Translations under genes and position numbers: made by a program | From: Folioceros fuciformis | Lineage: Eukaryota | Direction: 5' to 3' | Assembly (NCBI GenBank): GCA_049999805.1 | Contig: JBNGIO010004527.1 | Coordinates: 40,470 to 91,824 of the forward strand | DNA length: 51,355 nt | The notes under the pieces: generated by a model | What the model saw: only the letters and a program-made list of their open reading frames with translations | What the model was told of the DNA's origin: nothing | Databases searched by the model: none | Shown here: in pieces, positions 49,904-51,355 of the stretch | How positions within the stretch are numbered: the stretch's first letter is position 1 | Layout of the letters: the number at the start of each line of letters is the position of its first letter

Positions 49904-51355
49904 ATGGTTCTTGCACAGTTGTTGCTGAGCCCCATTGGATCTGTCCGCATTGCAGGAACCAACAACAACTTGTTCTCCTTGGTGCTGATTGGATTTGTAG
50001 AATTCATCACCTTCGGAGTGCGGATCAACCATCCGCTTCAGGGATACAGTTCGCATCCAGCACTGTACATCAACTGCATCCTGTGCGGAATGGCGGTGGC
50101 CTTTATGGTCTACAACTCCATTTTCTACCGCCTGGAGAGTAACCTAGAAGCTTGGCCGTGGGCATCGGCAGGAGATGAAAGTGGCACGAAGAGTATCACC
50201 ACCGACACTCAGGACAACAACACAGGAGGCACGGAAAGTGAAGGAAAGAATGACAATGAGCAGATGAAGAAGGAACATGTGTGCCCATTTACGGGGCACA
50301 GAGCCACAATGACTTGCCCCATCTGCCAGACCAAGGTGCACAGATCCGTGTGGCACGAGAGGGACCCCTGGCTCACATTACGCATCGGAATCGGGCTCAT
50401 CATCCTGGACGTGGATCGGCATGGCCGGGTGTCCAACGTCATGCTCGCCAGAGAACACGCCTTGAAAGCCAGGAAAGTGGCCAAGAAGAACAGGCTGGTC
50501 CCCTCGAGAGCGGTGCCATTTTACGCTTTAGCTCCACCTCCTGGATATAGGCACTCCCGGAACTGGCTCTTGTGGTGGCAGAAGGCTCCATTCAAGGGCC
50601 ATGTTCCCTTCTCCAACGGCATGGTGCCGGAATACGCTCTGCCGTGCCAGTACGATGGCCCGCCGTTAACAGACGACGAGAAGCGGGCTCTGACAGAGGA
50701 AGAGCGGGAAGCCCGGCACGCCATCGCCAACTTCCTCACAGCTGCCATCAGCGAGATGTGTGTGGGATGCTACGCGCACAACCTGTACTGGAACGTGGGG
50801 CCGAGGCTCTTCTACACCCAAGTCATACTATCCGTGACCCTAACCCTGCTCCTGCACGCTCTGGACAGATCTTACGCCACTCTGGGCGCCAGGGTATTCC
50901 TCGACGGCATCTCCGCCTACTACGCCTTCTCCTCCATGGTCCTAGCCCTCAACTTTGTGGCTTCCACCCGCATGTTCCAGCTCTACTACAACAAGCTCCC
51001 GTACAAATGGCCGCTCAAGCCGTGGCAAGGAAGGATGCAATGGCTTGCCAACTTCAGCTCTAGTCACCCAGAGGCACCCCGAGGCATCCCCGAATTCCTT
51101 ATCCCCGAGTCCCTCCTCGACGTTACCTTCACCATACCCCAGCGGCGGTTCCGCATGGTGCAGAGTTTCTTGTTCGGCATCATTGCCACATACCGCCTTC
51201 CACCGGACTACGAGCCGCCGCCTAAATTTGCTCCTCTTGTCCCTCCGCCTCCTCCTCCCCCGCCCCCGCCATCCTCATCCCCAGCCCTGCCGGCATCTCT
51301 AGCCGGCTTCCTCAACGCCTTCGGCCTAGGAGCAGGACAGGCCTCCTCGGAGTCC
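49904..51355 (+). CDS. Unrecognised multi-pass membrane protein, 3'-truncated by the window edge (at least 484 aa)
   Basis: Hand translation from ATG 49904 is stop-free for 484 codons to the window end, with GC3-rich codons: MVLAQLLLSP...LFSLVLIGFVEFITFGV...LYINCILCGMAVAFMVYNSIF...CPFTGHRATMTCPICQ...LFYTQVILSVTLTLLLHAL...PPPPPPPPPSSS. Confidence 0.8.
   Translation, partial: MVLAQLLLSPIGSVRIAGTNNNLFSLVLIGFVEFITFGVRINHPLQGYSSHPALYINCILCGMAVAFMVYNSIFYRLESNLEAWPWASAGDESGTKSITTDTQDNNTGGTESEGKNDNEQMKKEHVCPFTGHRATMTCPICQTKVHRSVWHERDPWLTLRIGIGLIILDVDRHGRVSNVMLAREHALKARKVAKKNRLVPSRAVPFYALAPPPGYRHSRNWLLWWQKAPFKGHVPFSNGMVPEYALPCQYDGPPLTDDEKRALTEEEREARHAIANFLTAAISEMCVGCYAHNLYWNVGPRLFYTQVILSVTLTLLLHALDRSYATLGARVFLDGISAYYAFSSMVLALNFVASTRMFQLYYNKLPYKWPLKPWQGRMQWLANFSSSHPEAPRGIPEFLIPESLLDVTFTIPQRRFRMVQSFLFGIIATYRLPPDYEPPPKFAPLVPPPPPPPPPPSSSPALPASLAGFLNAFGLGAGQASSES

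Overview
Gene-dense nuclear DNA from a compact non-seed land-plant genome: short introns (mostly about 60-220 nt), GC-rich exons and about 17 protein-coding genes in 51 kb. The PPR editing factor with a 'PGQSWWTD' (WW-type) box suggests a hornwort such as Anthoceros (inference). Order: a decayed repeat-like block; RPS16 (-), flanked by an inverted relic of its own 3' end; a PLS-E+ PPR (-) followed by an in-frame DYW fossil; MER3/RCK helicase (+); HCF173 (+); cytokinin dehydrogenase (+); a small basic protein (+); DNA polymerase eta (-); RBR E3 ligase (+); a Tat-type thylakoid lumen protein (+); GH5 mannanase (+); a second small protein (-); a degenerate tRNA-Pro (-); a TE-like relic; a malectin-like/LRR receptor-like protein (-); HEMA (-); a GT61 glycosyltransferase (-); an intronless HAD hydrolase (-); an AT-rich block with a 130-bp duplication; and an unrecognised multi-pass membrane protein ORF (+) that runs off the window and is missing from the ORF track. 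I found no CRISPR array, rRNA or intact mobile element, and no clear-cut novel multi-gene system. The best leads are the DYW fossil, the inverted RPS16 3' copy and the orphan membrane protein. Exon boundaries were read by eye and all homology calls rest on motif recall, not database searches.
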